64,000 bases of DNA from Escherichia phage EO1. Below are positions 22,930-30,611 of the stretch, piece after piece. Both the position numbers and the translations under genes were made by a program. Location: the sequence record OQ223305.1. One strand, written 5' to 3'. Below the pieces are notes generated by a model. The model searched no databases and was not told the DNA's origin. It saw nothing but the letters and a program-made list of their open reading frames with translations. The stretch's first letter is position 1; each line of letters begins with the position of its first letter.

Positions 22930-23159
22930 GTGAAAAACCAATTACTACTAAAGAATTCCAAGAAAAAGTTAAACTATTTGCTCAGGAATTGGTAAATAAG
23001 GTTTCTGAACGATTTCCTGAAACATCGGTTCGTGTTATTACCGAAACTCCTCGTTCAGTATTAGTAATTGTGAATCCAGGTGATGGTGACCAAATAACAC
23101 ATCTTAAACTGGATTTTGATGGATTAGTTGAAGCACAAAGGGTGTATGGCGTACTATGA
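22923..23159 (+). CDS. Hypothetical protein
   Basis: 78 aa ORF. Confidence 0.45.
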   Translation: MLSEKPITTKEFQEKVKLFAQELVNKVSERFPETSVRVITETPRSVLVIVNPGDGDQITHLKLDFDGLVEAQRVYGVL

Positions 23160-23494
23160 TGAATTTAACTGATATAATTGATAATTGTCTTGAAAATGAT
23201 ACTGGCGATCATAGAGCGCTTGATTCTGAAACAGCACAGTTCATTAGAATAACTTTGATGAACGATACTCTAGTGAATAGTATTCATCCTTCTGTGTATG
23301 ATGCTATTATTGTGACGAAGTATCCAGTTGAGCTTCACAAAAAGATGGCTGGTGCAATTTTTATTGATAAGAAAAACCGCTTTAAAGATGGGCAGAATAT
23401 AATTAGTTCTGTTATTAAAAGTATAACTAAACTTCGTCACGAAATTTATCGTGTTGAAACTGCTAAATCTGCTTATCTGGTGATTATGAAATGA
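23156..23494 (+). CDS. Hypothetical protein
   Basis: 112 aa ORF. Confidence 0.45.
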   Translation: MMNLTDIIDNCLENDTGDHRALDSETAQFIRITLMNDTLVNSIHPSVYDAIIVTKYPVELHKKMAGAIFIDKKNRFKDGQNIISSVIKSITKLRHEIYRVETAKSAYLVIMK

Positions 23495-24072
23495 AAGCGA
23501 GTACAGTACTTCAAATTGCATATTTAGTATCACAAGAATCAAAATGTTGCTCCTGGAAGGTAGGAGCAGTAATTGAAAAGAATGGACGTATTATTTCTAC
23601 CGGATATAACGGTTCTCCGGCAGGTGGTGTGAACTGTTGTGATTATGCTGCTGAGCAAGGTTGGTTGTTGAATAAACCTAAACATACTATCATTCAAGGA
23701 CATAAGCCCGAATGTGTATCGTTTGGTTCAACTGATCGTTTTGTTTTGGCGAAAGAACACCGCAGCGCTCACTCTGAATGGTCGTCTAAAAATGAAATTC
23801 ATGCTGAACTAAATGCGATTTTGTTTGCTGCGCGAAATGGTTCTTCAATTGAAGGTGCTACTATGTATGTAACACTTTCTCCTTGCCCAGATTGTGCAAA
23901 AGCGATAGCTCAATCTGGTATTAAAAAGCTAGTTTATTGCGAAACATACGATAAAAATAAACCTGGCTGGGATGATATTCTGCGAAATGCGGGTATTGAA
24001 GTGTTTAATGTTCCTAAGAAAAACTTGAATAAGTTAAACTGGGAAAATATCAACGAATTCTGTGGTGAATAA
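23491..24072 (+). CDS. cd: dCMP deaminase
   Basis: 193 aa; cytidine/dCMP deaminase zinc motifs (HAE...PCxxC). Confidence 0.9.
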   Translation: MKASTVLQIAYLVSQESKCCSWKVGAVIEKNGRIISTGYNGSPAGGVNCCDYAAEQGWLLNKPKHTIIQGHKPECVSFGSTDRFVLAKEHRSAHSEWSSKNEIHAELNAILFAARNGSSIEGATMYVTLSPCPDCAKAIAQSGIKKLVYCETYDKNKPGWDDILRNAGIEVFNVPKKNLNKLNWENINEFCGE

Positions 24073-24308
24073 TGAAATTTCGTTTGGTACAACTCACAGC
24101 AATTAGTTCTTATTCTAACGAGAACATTTCATTTGCTGTAGAGTATAAGAAATATTTTTTCTCTAAATGGAAGCAGTATTATAAGTCAGAATGGGTTTGT
24201 ATTGATAGACCGTATAGTTGGAAATCTGATTTAGAAAAATGCCAAAAATTGCTTTCCACTCTTAAAGAACGTGGAACAACCCATATTAAAACTGTGATAG
24301 GTAAATAA
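24072..24308 (+). CDS. Hypothetical protein
   Basis: 78 aa ORF. Confidence 0.45.
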   Translation: MKFRLVQLTAISSYSNENISFAVEYKKYFFSKWKQYYKSEWVCIDRPYSWKSDLEKCQKLLSTLKERGTTHIKTVIGK

Positions 24309-24617
24309 ATGAAACTGACGACTGAGCAAAAAGTAGCAATTCGTGAAATTTTGAAAACTAAATTGTCCATGGGTATTTCAAATGTAGTTTTTGAAAAGTC
24401 TGATGGTACTATTCGTACTATGAAAGGCACTCGTGATGCAGACTTTATGCCAACCATGCAAACCGGTAAATTGACTGAATCTACTCGGAAAGAATCTACT
24501 GATATGATTCCGGTATTTGATGTTGAGCTTGGTGCATGGCGAGGTTTTTCTATTGACAAATTGATTTCAGTTAATGGCATGAAAGTTGAGCATTTGCTTC
24601 AATTTATTGGTAAATAA
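24309..24617 (+). CDS. Hypothetical protein
   Basis: 102 aa ORF. Confidence 0.5.
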   Translation: MKLTTEQKVAIREILKTKLSMGISNVVFEKSDGTIRTMKGTRDADFMPTMQTGKLTESTRKESTDMIPVFDVELGAWRGFSIDKLISVNGMKVEHLLQFIGK

Positions 24618-24619
24618 AT

Positions 24620-24644
24620 GCTTTAAGAATTATTTGTTATTATT
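24620..24644 (+). promoter_or_regulatory. MotA-dependent middle promoter for gene 31
   Basis: MotA box TGCTTTA (24620-24626), 12-nt spacer, TATTAT -10 (24639-24644). Confidence 0.55.
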
Positions 24645-24673
24645 AATTCATCTGTTAACAAAAAGGAAAAACG

Positions 24674-25009
24674 ATGTCTGAAGTACAACAGCTACCAATT
24701 CGTGCTGTCGGTGAATATGTTATTTTAGTTTCTGAACCTGCACAAGCCGGTGATGAAGAAGTTACAGAATCAGGACTTATTATCGGTAAACGTGTTCAAG
24801 GTGAAGTTCCTGAACTGTGTGTAATTCACTCTGTTGGTCCTGATGTTCCTGAAGGTTTCTGTGAAGTTGGTGATTTGACTTCTCTTCCAGTTGGTCAAAT
24901 TCGAAACGTTCCGCATCCTTTTGTAGCCCTAGGTCTTAAGCAGCCAAAAGAAATTAAACAAAAATTTGTTACCTGTCACTATAAAGCTATTCCGTGTCTT
25001 TATAAGTGA
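24674..25009 (+). CDS. 31: Co-chaperonin gp31 (GroES analogue for capsid folding)
   Basis: 111 aa, same length and position as T4 gp31. Confidence 0.9.
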   Translation: MSEVQQLPIRAVGEYVILVSEPAQAGDEEVTESGLIIGKRVQGEVPELCVIHSVGPDVPEGFCEVGDLTSLPVGQIRNVPHPFVALGLKQPKEIKQKFVTCHYKAIPCLYK

Positions 25010-25017
25010 TATAAATA
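25010..25017 (+). promoter_or_regulatory. Late promoter core TATAAATA upstream of rIII
   Basis: Exact TATAAATA immediately after gene 31 stop, ~120 nt before rIII ATG. Confidence 0.5.
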
Positions 25018-25135
25018 ATAATATGAATTGAGTTTCAATTCTATGTGGTAGTCTACAACTGAGAGATCTGTCGAAAGAAGATGAAATTCAGAAGAACGTG
25101 ACTACCGAGTTTTAATCTCTAACGAGAATTTTTAA

Positions 25136-25384
25136 ATGATTAAACAATTACAACACGCTCTTGAACTGCAACGAAACGCATGGAATAATGGTCACGAAAA
25201 CTATGGCGCATCTATTGATGTTGAAGCCGAAGCTCTTGAAATCCTGCGTTATTTCAAACATCTGAATCCTGCTCAAACTGCATTAGCTGCTGAGCTTCAG
25301 GAAAAAGATGAACTTAAATATGCTAAGCCTCTGGCTTCTGCCGCACGAAAAGCAGTTCGTCACTTTGTGGTAACACTGAAGTAA
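25136..25384 (+). CDS. rIII: rIII lysis inhibition accessory protein
   Basis: 82 aa, same length and position as T4 rIII. Confidence 0.85.
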   Translation: MIKQLQHALELQRNAWNNGHENYGASIDVEAEALEILRYFKHLNPAQTALAAELQEKDELKYAKPLASAARKAVRHFVVTLK

Positions 25385-25578
25385 TTTATTGGAGATTCAC
25401 TGCCTTAGTGTGAGCTAAAATCGAGGAGCCGTCGAACTTTGTTTTACGGTGTACCTCTTGAATGTTGACGAGGTTTATGGTTATCCTGTCGGTAAATACT
25501 CAAAACCTATGTTCCCCTTGAGGGCTTGCGCAGGCAATGCCAATAAGTCCTGCATTTTCATTTAAAAGAGAATTTATA

Positions 25579-25755
25579 ATGGCAAAACAAGTTAAAGCAA
25601 AGAAAGCAGTTGAAAAGAAAGTTGGTGATTCTAAACGCGCTGGTTACAAGCGTGGGTCGAACTCTCGTATCAATCAAACTGTTGAGAAGATCATGCGCCG
25701 AGCACGTGCGGTTCTTCGAGATGATGCTTCTCGTTTTGGTAAGCAGAAAGCATAA
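25579..25755 (+). CDS. Hypothetical small basic protein
   Basis: 58 aa from ATG 25579 (MAKQVKAKK...); the track's longer ORF from 25537 lacks an RBS; followed by a strong terminator. Confidence 0.5.
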   Translation: MAKQVKAKKAVEKKVGDSKRAGYKRGSNSRINQTVEKIMRRARAVLRDDASRFGKQKA

Positions 25756-25759
25756 GTTG

Positions 25760-25789
25760 AGGACTCCTTCGGGAGTCCTTTTTTATTTT
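25760..25789 (+). terminator. Rho-independent terminator
   Basis: aggactcc-ttcg-ggagtcct hairpin followed by tttttatttt. Confidence 0.8.
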
Positions 25790-25809
25790 CCAAAGATTGC
25801 ACAAAGTTG

Positions 25810-25838
25810 TTTACAGTATGGTTCCTTTGTGATAGTAT
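25810..25838 (+). promoter_or_regulatory. Early promoter (TTTACA, 17 nt, TAGTAT)
   Basis: GTTTACA at 25809-25815; inverted repeat cctttgt(25824-25830)/acaaagg(25851-25857) brackets the -10 and overlaps the RBS. Confidence 0.5.
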
Positions 25839-25865
25839 TATCTTACACAAACAAAGGAGAATAAA

Positions 25866-26198
25866 ATGAAAACGATTAATCTGAACGCTACAGTTAAAAC
25901 TAAATGCTTCAATGGTAAATATGATGAAACTATGTGGTTCTTAATGGCAGTTGAAGGTGATATTATTGAAGTAGAAACAACAGAAGGTATGGGAACAGAT
26001 TTCACCTTTACAATTCAAGTTCATAATTTCTTTACTGGTTGGATTTATGAATTGAATACAGTAATCGTTGGAAAAATTGAACAAAATGAATTAGGCGAAT
26101 GGTATTATGTTACAGCTCGCCAACGTGCAGAACGCTTAATTGAGAAGATGAAAAAAGTTGGTAAACTTGACATGCAGCACTGGAAAGTAGTAAAATAA
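25866..26198 (+). CDS. Hypothetical protein
   Basis: 110 aa with AAGGAG RBS. Confidence 0.55.
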   Translation: MKTINLNATVKTKCFNGKYDETMWFLMAVEGDIIEVETTEGMGTDFTFTIQVHNFFTGWIYELNTVIVGKIEQNELGEWYYVTARQRAERLIEKMKKVGKLDMQHWKVVK

Positions 26199-26201
26199 TT
26201 G

Positions 26202-26229
26202 TTTACTTTGGTACAGGATATGATATTAT
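26202..26229 (+). promoter_or_regulatory. Early promoter (TTTACT, 16 nt, TGaTATTAT)
   Basis: GTTTAC at 26201-26206; -10 in the loop of inverted repeat ggtacagg(26210-26217)/cctgtacc(26233-26240). Confidence 0.55.
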
Positions 26230-26266
26230 ATACCTGTACCGCAATTAAACATCTCGGAGAATAAAA

Positions 26267-26632
26267 ATGAACTACATTAACTTTGAACGTAAATATGTTT
26301 CTAATGGTATTGCAGGTTCTATTGATACTATCTGCCTTTGGAAACATCAAAATGGATCAGTATGCGAAATTGAACAGTATATGACTCCTAACTACGTTTA
26401 TATGCGATTTGAAAATGGCATCACGGTTTCAATCACGAAAGAAGGTTCTTCTTTTAAAATCGCATTAGATGATGATTTCCGTCAACGCGATTTAGGTACT
26501 CATCCTTGCTGGAATGGCGTCAATCGTAAGCTTCTGGTTAAAACTTGGATTCGTCATATTCTGAGTAACAGAGCTAAACCTGAGCATCTTGAAGCGATCT
26601 TTGATGTAGTTCTTAACGAATTTGATATTTAA
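26267..26632 (+). CDS. Hypothetical protein
   Basis: 121 aa with GGAGAA RBS. Confidence 0.55.
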   Translation: MNYINFERKYVSNGIAGSIDTICLWKHQNGSVCEIEQYMTPNYVYMRFENGITVSITKEGSSFKIALDDDFRQRDLGTHPCWNGVNRKLLVKTWIRHILSNRAKPEHLEAIFDVVLNEFDI

Positions 26633-26641
26633 AATAAAATG

Positions 26642-26657
26642 AGGGGCTTCGGCCCCT
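26642..26657 (+). other. Intercistronic UUCG-tetraloop hairpin (stability or processing element; not a clear terminator)
   Basis: aggggc-ttcg-gcccct with no downstream T-run; RBS follows directly. Confidence 0.45.
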
Positions 26658-26673
26658 TACTGAGGAAAATACT

Positions 26674-26961
26674 ATGTTTATGACTACTTATTTTGATACC
26701 CGTAAAAATTTCTGTGAAGTGGTTTTCTCAAAGGCGCCTAAAGGCCTTCCTGCTCATTTGCAACCTACCAGTGAATCGATTAAAAACTATGTTAATGCAG
26801 TCTGCCCTTTAGAGTTCCGTACTGTAAATGGGCGTGATACTCTAGCTATCGCTAAACTCAATCGTGAAATTGACATTGACCCTTCAATTGCGCGTGAAAT
26901 TAACATTTCTGATATTGACGGCGGTAATGTTAAATCGCATGGTTTTCAGATGAGGTTCTAA
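26674..26961 (+). CDS. Hypothetical protein
   Basis: 95 aa with GAGG RBS. Confidence 0.55.
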   Translation: MFMTTYFDTRKNFCEVVFSKAPKGLPAHLQPTSESIKNYVNAVCPLEFRTVNGRDTLAIAKLNREIDIDPSIAREINISDIDGGNVKSHGFQMRF

Positions 26962-27158
26962 TGAAATTCTTTTTGGGTCAAACTGTTGAATTAAAGGGAG
27001 TTGGTATACCTGGATTAATTTCTAAGGTTCTACCTCCATTTAAATGGAGTGGTATTCAAATAAAAGAGGCTTATATTGTTTCCTGGGTAGATGGAAATGA
27101 AGACCTTCGTATGGGTGATGAATTATCTCCTATTTACGGATTAAAGGAATTAGTATGA
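26961..27158 (+). CDS. Hypothetical protein
   Basis: 65 aa, ATGA coupling. Confidence 0.45.
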   Translation: MKFFLGQTVELKGVGIPGLISKVLPPFKWSGIQIKEAYIVSWVDGNEDLRMGDELSPIYGLKELV

Positions 27159-27361
27159 ATATAATTAATAAGATTTTTGGAATTCAGTACATTAAGGTCA
27201 CATATAAAGTAACGTATAAAGGTCCGTATACCGATGAACATGAAGAACCACAAGTTCAGTCTATTATATTAGAAAAGGACCCTAACTGGCCAGTTGAATT
27301 TCGTCTTCCTTGCTATGGTCATTGGGCTGATGTTGAAATTATAAGTATTGAAAATGTCTGA
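27155..27361 (+). CDS. Hypothetical protein
   Basis: 68 aa. Confidence 0.45.
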   Translation: MNIINKIFGIQYIKVTYKVTYKGPYTDEHEEPQVQSIILEKDPNWPVEFRLPCYGHWADVEIISIENV

Positions 27362-27812
27362 GCTAGAGATAAGAAGCAATTTTAAATGGCCATCATGCGC
27401 ATTAAGTAATTTCGCCCAATGGCCTTTCGTTATGGATGGTATTCAATTTGGAGGTCTCGAAGGATTCCTCCAAGGGTGTAAGGTGAAAAATGTTGAACAA
27501 CAAAGACGTATATTTGGGTTATCCGGGCTTGCCGCTCAACAAGCTGGAAGGTCTTATGCTAGAGCTCAGGATCGTGGCACGTTGTTCTGGCTTGGAGTTC
27601 CGTTTTCAAGATACTCCCCGGCGTGGAAAGAATTATACACAAATGCATATTTTGAAGCAGCGATCCAAAACAGGGGCTTTCGTGATGCATTACAAGCCTC
27701 GAAAGGAAAAGTTTTGAAGCACAGCATGGCTAGTGGTCTAACAAAAGATGATACAATACTAACCGAAGCTGAATTTATTGATGTGTTAAACCTATTAAGA
27801 GACTCTCTATGA
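27354..27812 (+). CDS. NADAR/YbiA-like (DUF1768) domain protein
   Basis: LSNFAQWPFVMDGIQFGGLEGFLQGCK parallels the remembered YbiA core FSNFAAWPIKVDGKTWPTSEHYFQAQK; ATG at 27354 preferred over the TTG at 27348. Confidence 0.6.
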   Translation: MSELEIRSNFKWPSCALSNFAQWPFVMDGIQFGGLEGFLQGCKVKNVEQQRRIFGLSGLAAQQAGRSYARAQDRGTLFWLGVPFSRYSPAWKELYTNAYFEAAIQNRGFRDALQASKGKVLKHSMASGLTKDDTILTEAEFIDVLNLLRDSL

Positions 27813-28645
27813 AGCCAACTATTTTAACTGATATTGATGGAGTATGTTTAAGCTGGCAATCAGGCCTTCCTTATTTTGCTCAGAAATATAATCTTCCGTT
27901 AGAACATATTTTAAAAATGATCCAAGATGAGAAATTTATTTCTCCGGGTAAACTCTTTAATTGTGACGAAGAACTTGGCGTCAAGTTAATTGAAAAATAC
28001 AATCGTTCAGATTTTATTCGTTACTTGTCTCCGTATAAAGATGCCCTGTGTGTAATTAACAAATTAAAAGAAGATTATAATTTTGTAGCTGTTACAGCAT
28101 TAGGTGATTCTATTGACGCTCTGTTGAATCGTCAATTTAATTTGAATGCTCTTTTTCCTGGTGCTTTTTCGGAAGTAATGATGTGTGGTCATGATTCTTC
28201 AAAAGAAGAGTTATTCAAAAAGGCAAAAGAGAAATATAACGTAATTTGTTATATTGACGATCTCGCTCATCACTGCGATCATGCGAGTGAAATATTAAAT
28301 GTTCCAGTTTATTGGATGGCTCGAGGGGAGCGTGATAATATTCCAAAAACTGCTCAGCGAGTTTATACATGGAATGATGTAGAAAATAAGCTTTTTTCGC
28401 CAAAGGAAAATAAAGAAAGTTTTGATAGTGAAAAAGCTATAAAAGATGTAATTGAGAAGATGGTTAAAAACGATTCTTTTCCTTGGAACACTACCTGGAG
28501 AACTCCTGGATTTAATCCTTATAATCTATATCATCCATATCAGACACATCCGTTTCAGACATGGAACTATATTAAACCCGGCGGCATAGAGTATTTGTAT
28601 AATAGACCTACTTGTGGTGATAATATTTTTCAAGGAGCATTCTAA
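27809..28645 (+). CDS. HAD-superfamily-like hydrolase/phosphatase
   Basis: N-terminal LTDIDGV (DxDG[TV] motif I) and later CYIDD. Confidence 0.5.
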   Translation: MKPTILTDIDGVCLSWQSGLPYFAQKYNLPLEHILKMIQDEKFISPGKLFNCDEELGVKLIEKYNRSDFIRYLSPYKDALCVINKLKEDYNFVAVTALGDSIDALLNRQFNLNALFPGAFSEVMMCGHDSSKEELFKKAKEKYNVICYIDDLAHHCDHASEILNVPVYWMARGERDNIPKTAQRVYTWNDVENKLFSPKENKESFDSEKAIKDVIEKMVKNDSFPWNTTWRTPGFNPYNLYHPYQTHPFQTWNYIKPGGIEYLYNRPTCGDNIFQGAF

Positions 28646-28914
28646 TGTTTGTTGTTCATACTATTTATGAAAATGAAGGTAATACTACACGTGATTATGG
28701 ACACGTAAATCAATTTTTTAGATGCAATCCAGAATTCCGTGCTCAAAAGGATGAACGAATTTTTAAAAAATGTGTAGAACAAGGTTTCATTTACGTCAAG
28801 CACTGGATGCAAGGAAATAAAGTTAGAACTACATATCATAAGTCTTTGCCTGAGCTTAATGATGAATTGATTTATAATAGAGCTGTAAACCAAACTTTGA
28901 AGGATGAGCAATGA
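28645..28914 (+). CDS. Hypothetical protein
   Basis: 89 aa, TAATG coupling. Confidence 0.5.
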   Translation: MFVVHTIYENEGNTTRDYGHVNQFFRCNPEFRAQKDERIFKKCVEQGFIYVKHWMQGNKVRTTYHKSLPELNDELIYNRAVNQTLKDEQ

Positions 28915-30374
28915 TTCTTAAAATTCTGAATGAAATAGCATCTATTGGATCAACTAAGCAGAAGCAAGCAATTCTTGAAAAGAATAAAGATAATGAATTG
29001 CTTAAACGGGTATATCGTCTGACTTATTCTCGTGGGTTACAGTATTATATCAAGAAATGGCCTAAACCTGGTATTGCTACCCAGAGTTTTGGAATGCTGA
29101 CTATTACCGATATGCTTGACTTCATTGAATTCACGTTAGCTACTCGGAAATTGACCGGAAATGCTGCAATTGAGGAATTGACTGGATATATCACCGATGG
29201 TAAAAAGGATGATGTTGAAGTTTTGCGTCGAGTGATGATGCGAGACCTTGAATGCGGTGCTTCAGTATCTATTGCAAACAAAGTTTGGCCAGGTTTAATT
29301 CCTGAACAACCTCAAATGCTGGCAAGTTCTTATGATGAAAAGGGCATTAGTAAGAATATCAAATTTCCAGCCTTTGCACAGTTAAAAGCAGATGGAGCTC
29401 GGTGTTTTGCTGAAGTCCGAGGTGATGAATTAGATGATGTTCGTCTTTTATCACGAGCTGGTAATGAATATCTAGGATTAGATCTTCTTAAGGAAGAGTT
29501 AATCAAAATGACTGCTGAAGCCCGCCAGATTCATCCAGAAGGTGTGTTAATTGATGGCGAATTGGTATACCATGAGCAAGTTAAAAAGGAACCAGAAGGC
29601 CTAGATTTTCTTTTTGATGCTTATCCTGAAATTAGTAAAGCTAAAGAATTCGCCGAAGTAGCGGAATCTCGTACTACTTCTAATGGAATCGCCAATAAAT
29701 CCTTAAAAGGAACCATTTCTGAAAAAGAAGCTCAATGTATGAAGTTTCAGGTCTGGGATTATGTCCCGTTGGTAGAAATATATGGTCTTCCGGCGTTTCG
29801 TTTAAAATATGATGTACGTTTTTCTAAACTAGAACAAATGACATCAGGATATGATAAAGTAATTTTAATTGAAAACCAGGTAGTAAATAACCTAGATGAA
29901 GCTAAGGTAATTTATAAAAAGTATATTGACCAAGGTCTTGAAGGTATTATTCTCAAAAATACCGATGGATTGTGGGAAAATGCTCGTTCAAAAAATCTCT
30001 ATAAATTTAAAGAAGTAATTGATGTTGATTTAAAAATTGTAGGAATTTATCCTCACCGTAAAGACCCTACTAAAGCAGGTGGATTTATTCTTGAATCAGA
30101 GTGTGGAAAAATTAAAGTAAATGCTGGTTCAGGCTTAAAAGATAAAGCCGGTGTAAAATCACATGAACTTGACCGTACTCGCATTATGGAAAACCAAAAT
30201 TATTATATTGGAAAAATTCTAGAGTGCGAATGCAATGGTTGGTTAAAATCTGATGGCCGCGCCGATTATGTTAAATTATTTCTTCCGATTGCGATTCGTT
30301 TACGTGAAGATAAAACTAAAGCTAATACATTCGAGGATGTATTTGGTGATTTTCATGAGGTAACTGGTCTATGA
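28911..30374 (+). CDS. 30: ATP-dependent DNA ligase
   Basis: 487 aa; KADGAR adenylation motif; same length as T4 DNA ligase. Confidence 0.95.
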   Translation: MILKILNEIASIGSTKQKQAILEKNKDNELLKRVYRLTYSRGLQYYIKKWPKPGIATQSFGMLTITDMLDFIEFTLATRKLTGNAAIEELTGYITDGKKDDVEVLRRVMMRDLECGASVSIANKVWPGLIPEQPQMLASSYDEKGISKNIKFPAFAQLKADGARCFAEVRGDELDDVRLLSRAGNEYLGLDLLKEELIKMTAEARQIHPEGVLIDGELVYHEQVKKEPEGLDFLFDAYPEISKAKEFAEVAESRTTSNGIANKSLKGTISEKEAQCMKFQVWDYVPLVEIYGLPAFRLKYDVRFSKLEQMTSGYDKVILIENQVVNNLDEAKVIYKKYIDQGLEGIILKNTDGLWENARSKNLYKFKEVIDVDLKIVGIYPHRKDPTKAGGFILESECGKIKVNAGSGLKDKAGVKSHELDRTRIMENQNYYIGKILECECNGWLKSDGRADYVKLFLPIAIRLREDKTKANTFEDVFGDFHEVTGL

Positions 30375-30559
30375 AAGCTTACTTAGAAACAATTATCGTG
30401 GCTCAAAAAGAAGGTGGAGATGTTTCTACTTCTGTATCACAAATTATGATTGAATTTATAGATGCATATGCTTATAATAAATTTACAGAAACATTTGATG
30501 CCTACGAAAAAGGTCCAAAGTTTGAAATATATCGTACTCTATTACCAATAGATTATTAA
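30371..30559 (+). CDS. Hypothetical protein
   Basis: 62 aa, ATGA coupling to ligase. Confidence 0.45.
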   Translation: MKAYLETIIVAQKEGGDVSTSVSQIMIEFIDAYAYNKFTETFDAYEKGPKFEIYRTLLPIDY

Positions 30560-30583
30560 AGGCCTTCGGGCCTTTAATTTTAT
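30558..30583 (+). terminator. Rho-independent terminator
   Basis: aaaggcc-ttcg-ggccttt hairpin followed by aatttta. Confidence 0.65.
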
Positions 30584-30588
30584 AAATA
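30581..30588 (+). promoter_or_regulatory. Late promoter TATAAATA for alt
   Basis: Exact TATAAATA 24 nt upstream of alt ATG; Alt is a late, virion-packaged protein. Confidence 0.65.
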
Positions 30589-30611
30589 GAATAAACACTA
30601 GAGAGGATATG

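Noticed and set aside
25537-25755. Longer 72-aa version of the small basic ORF starting at ATG 25537
   Set aside because: No Shine-Dalgarno sequence before 25537, whereas the internal ATG at 25579 starts the lysine-rich part; the upstream region is better explained as structured leader.
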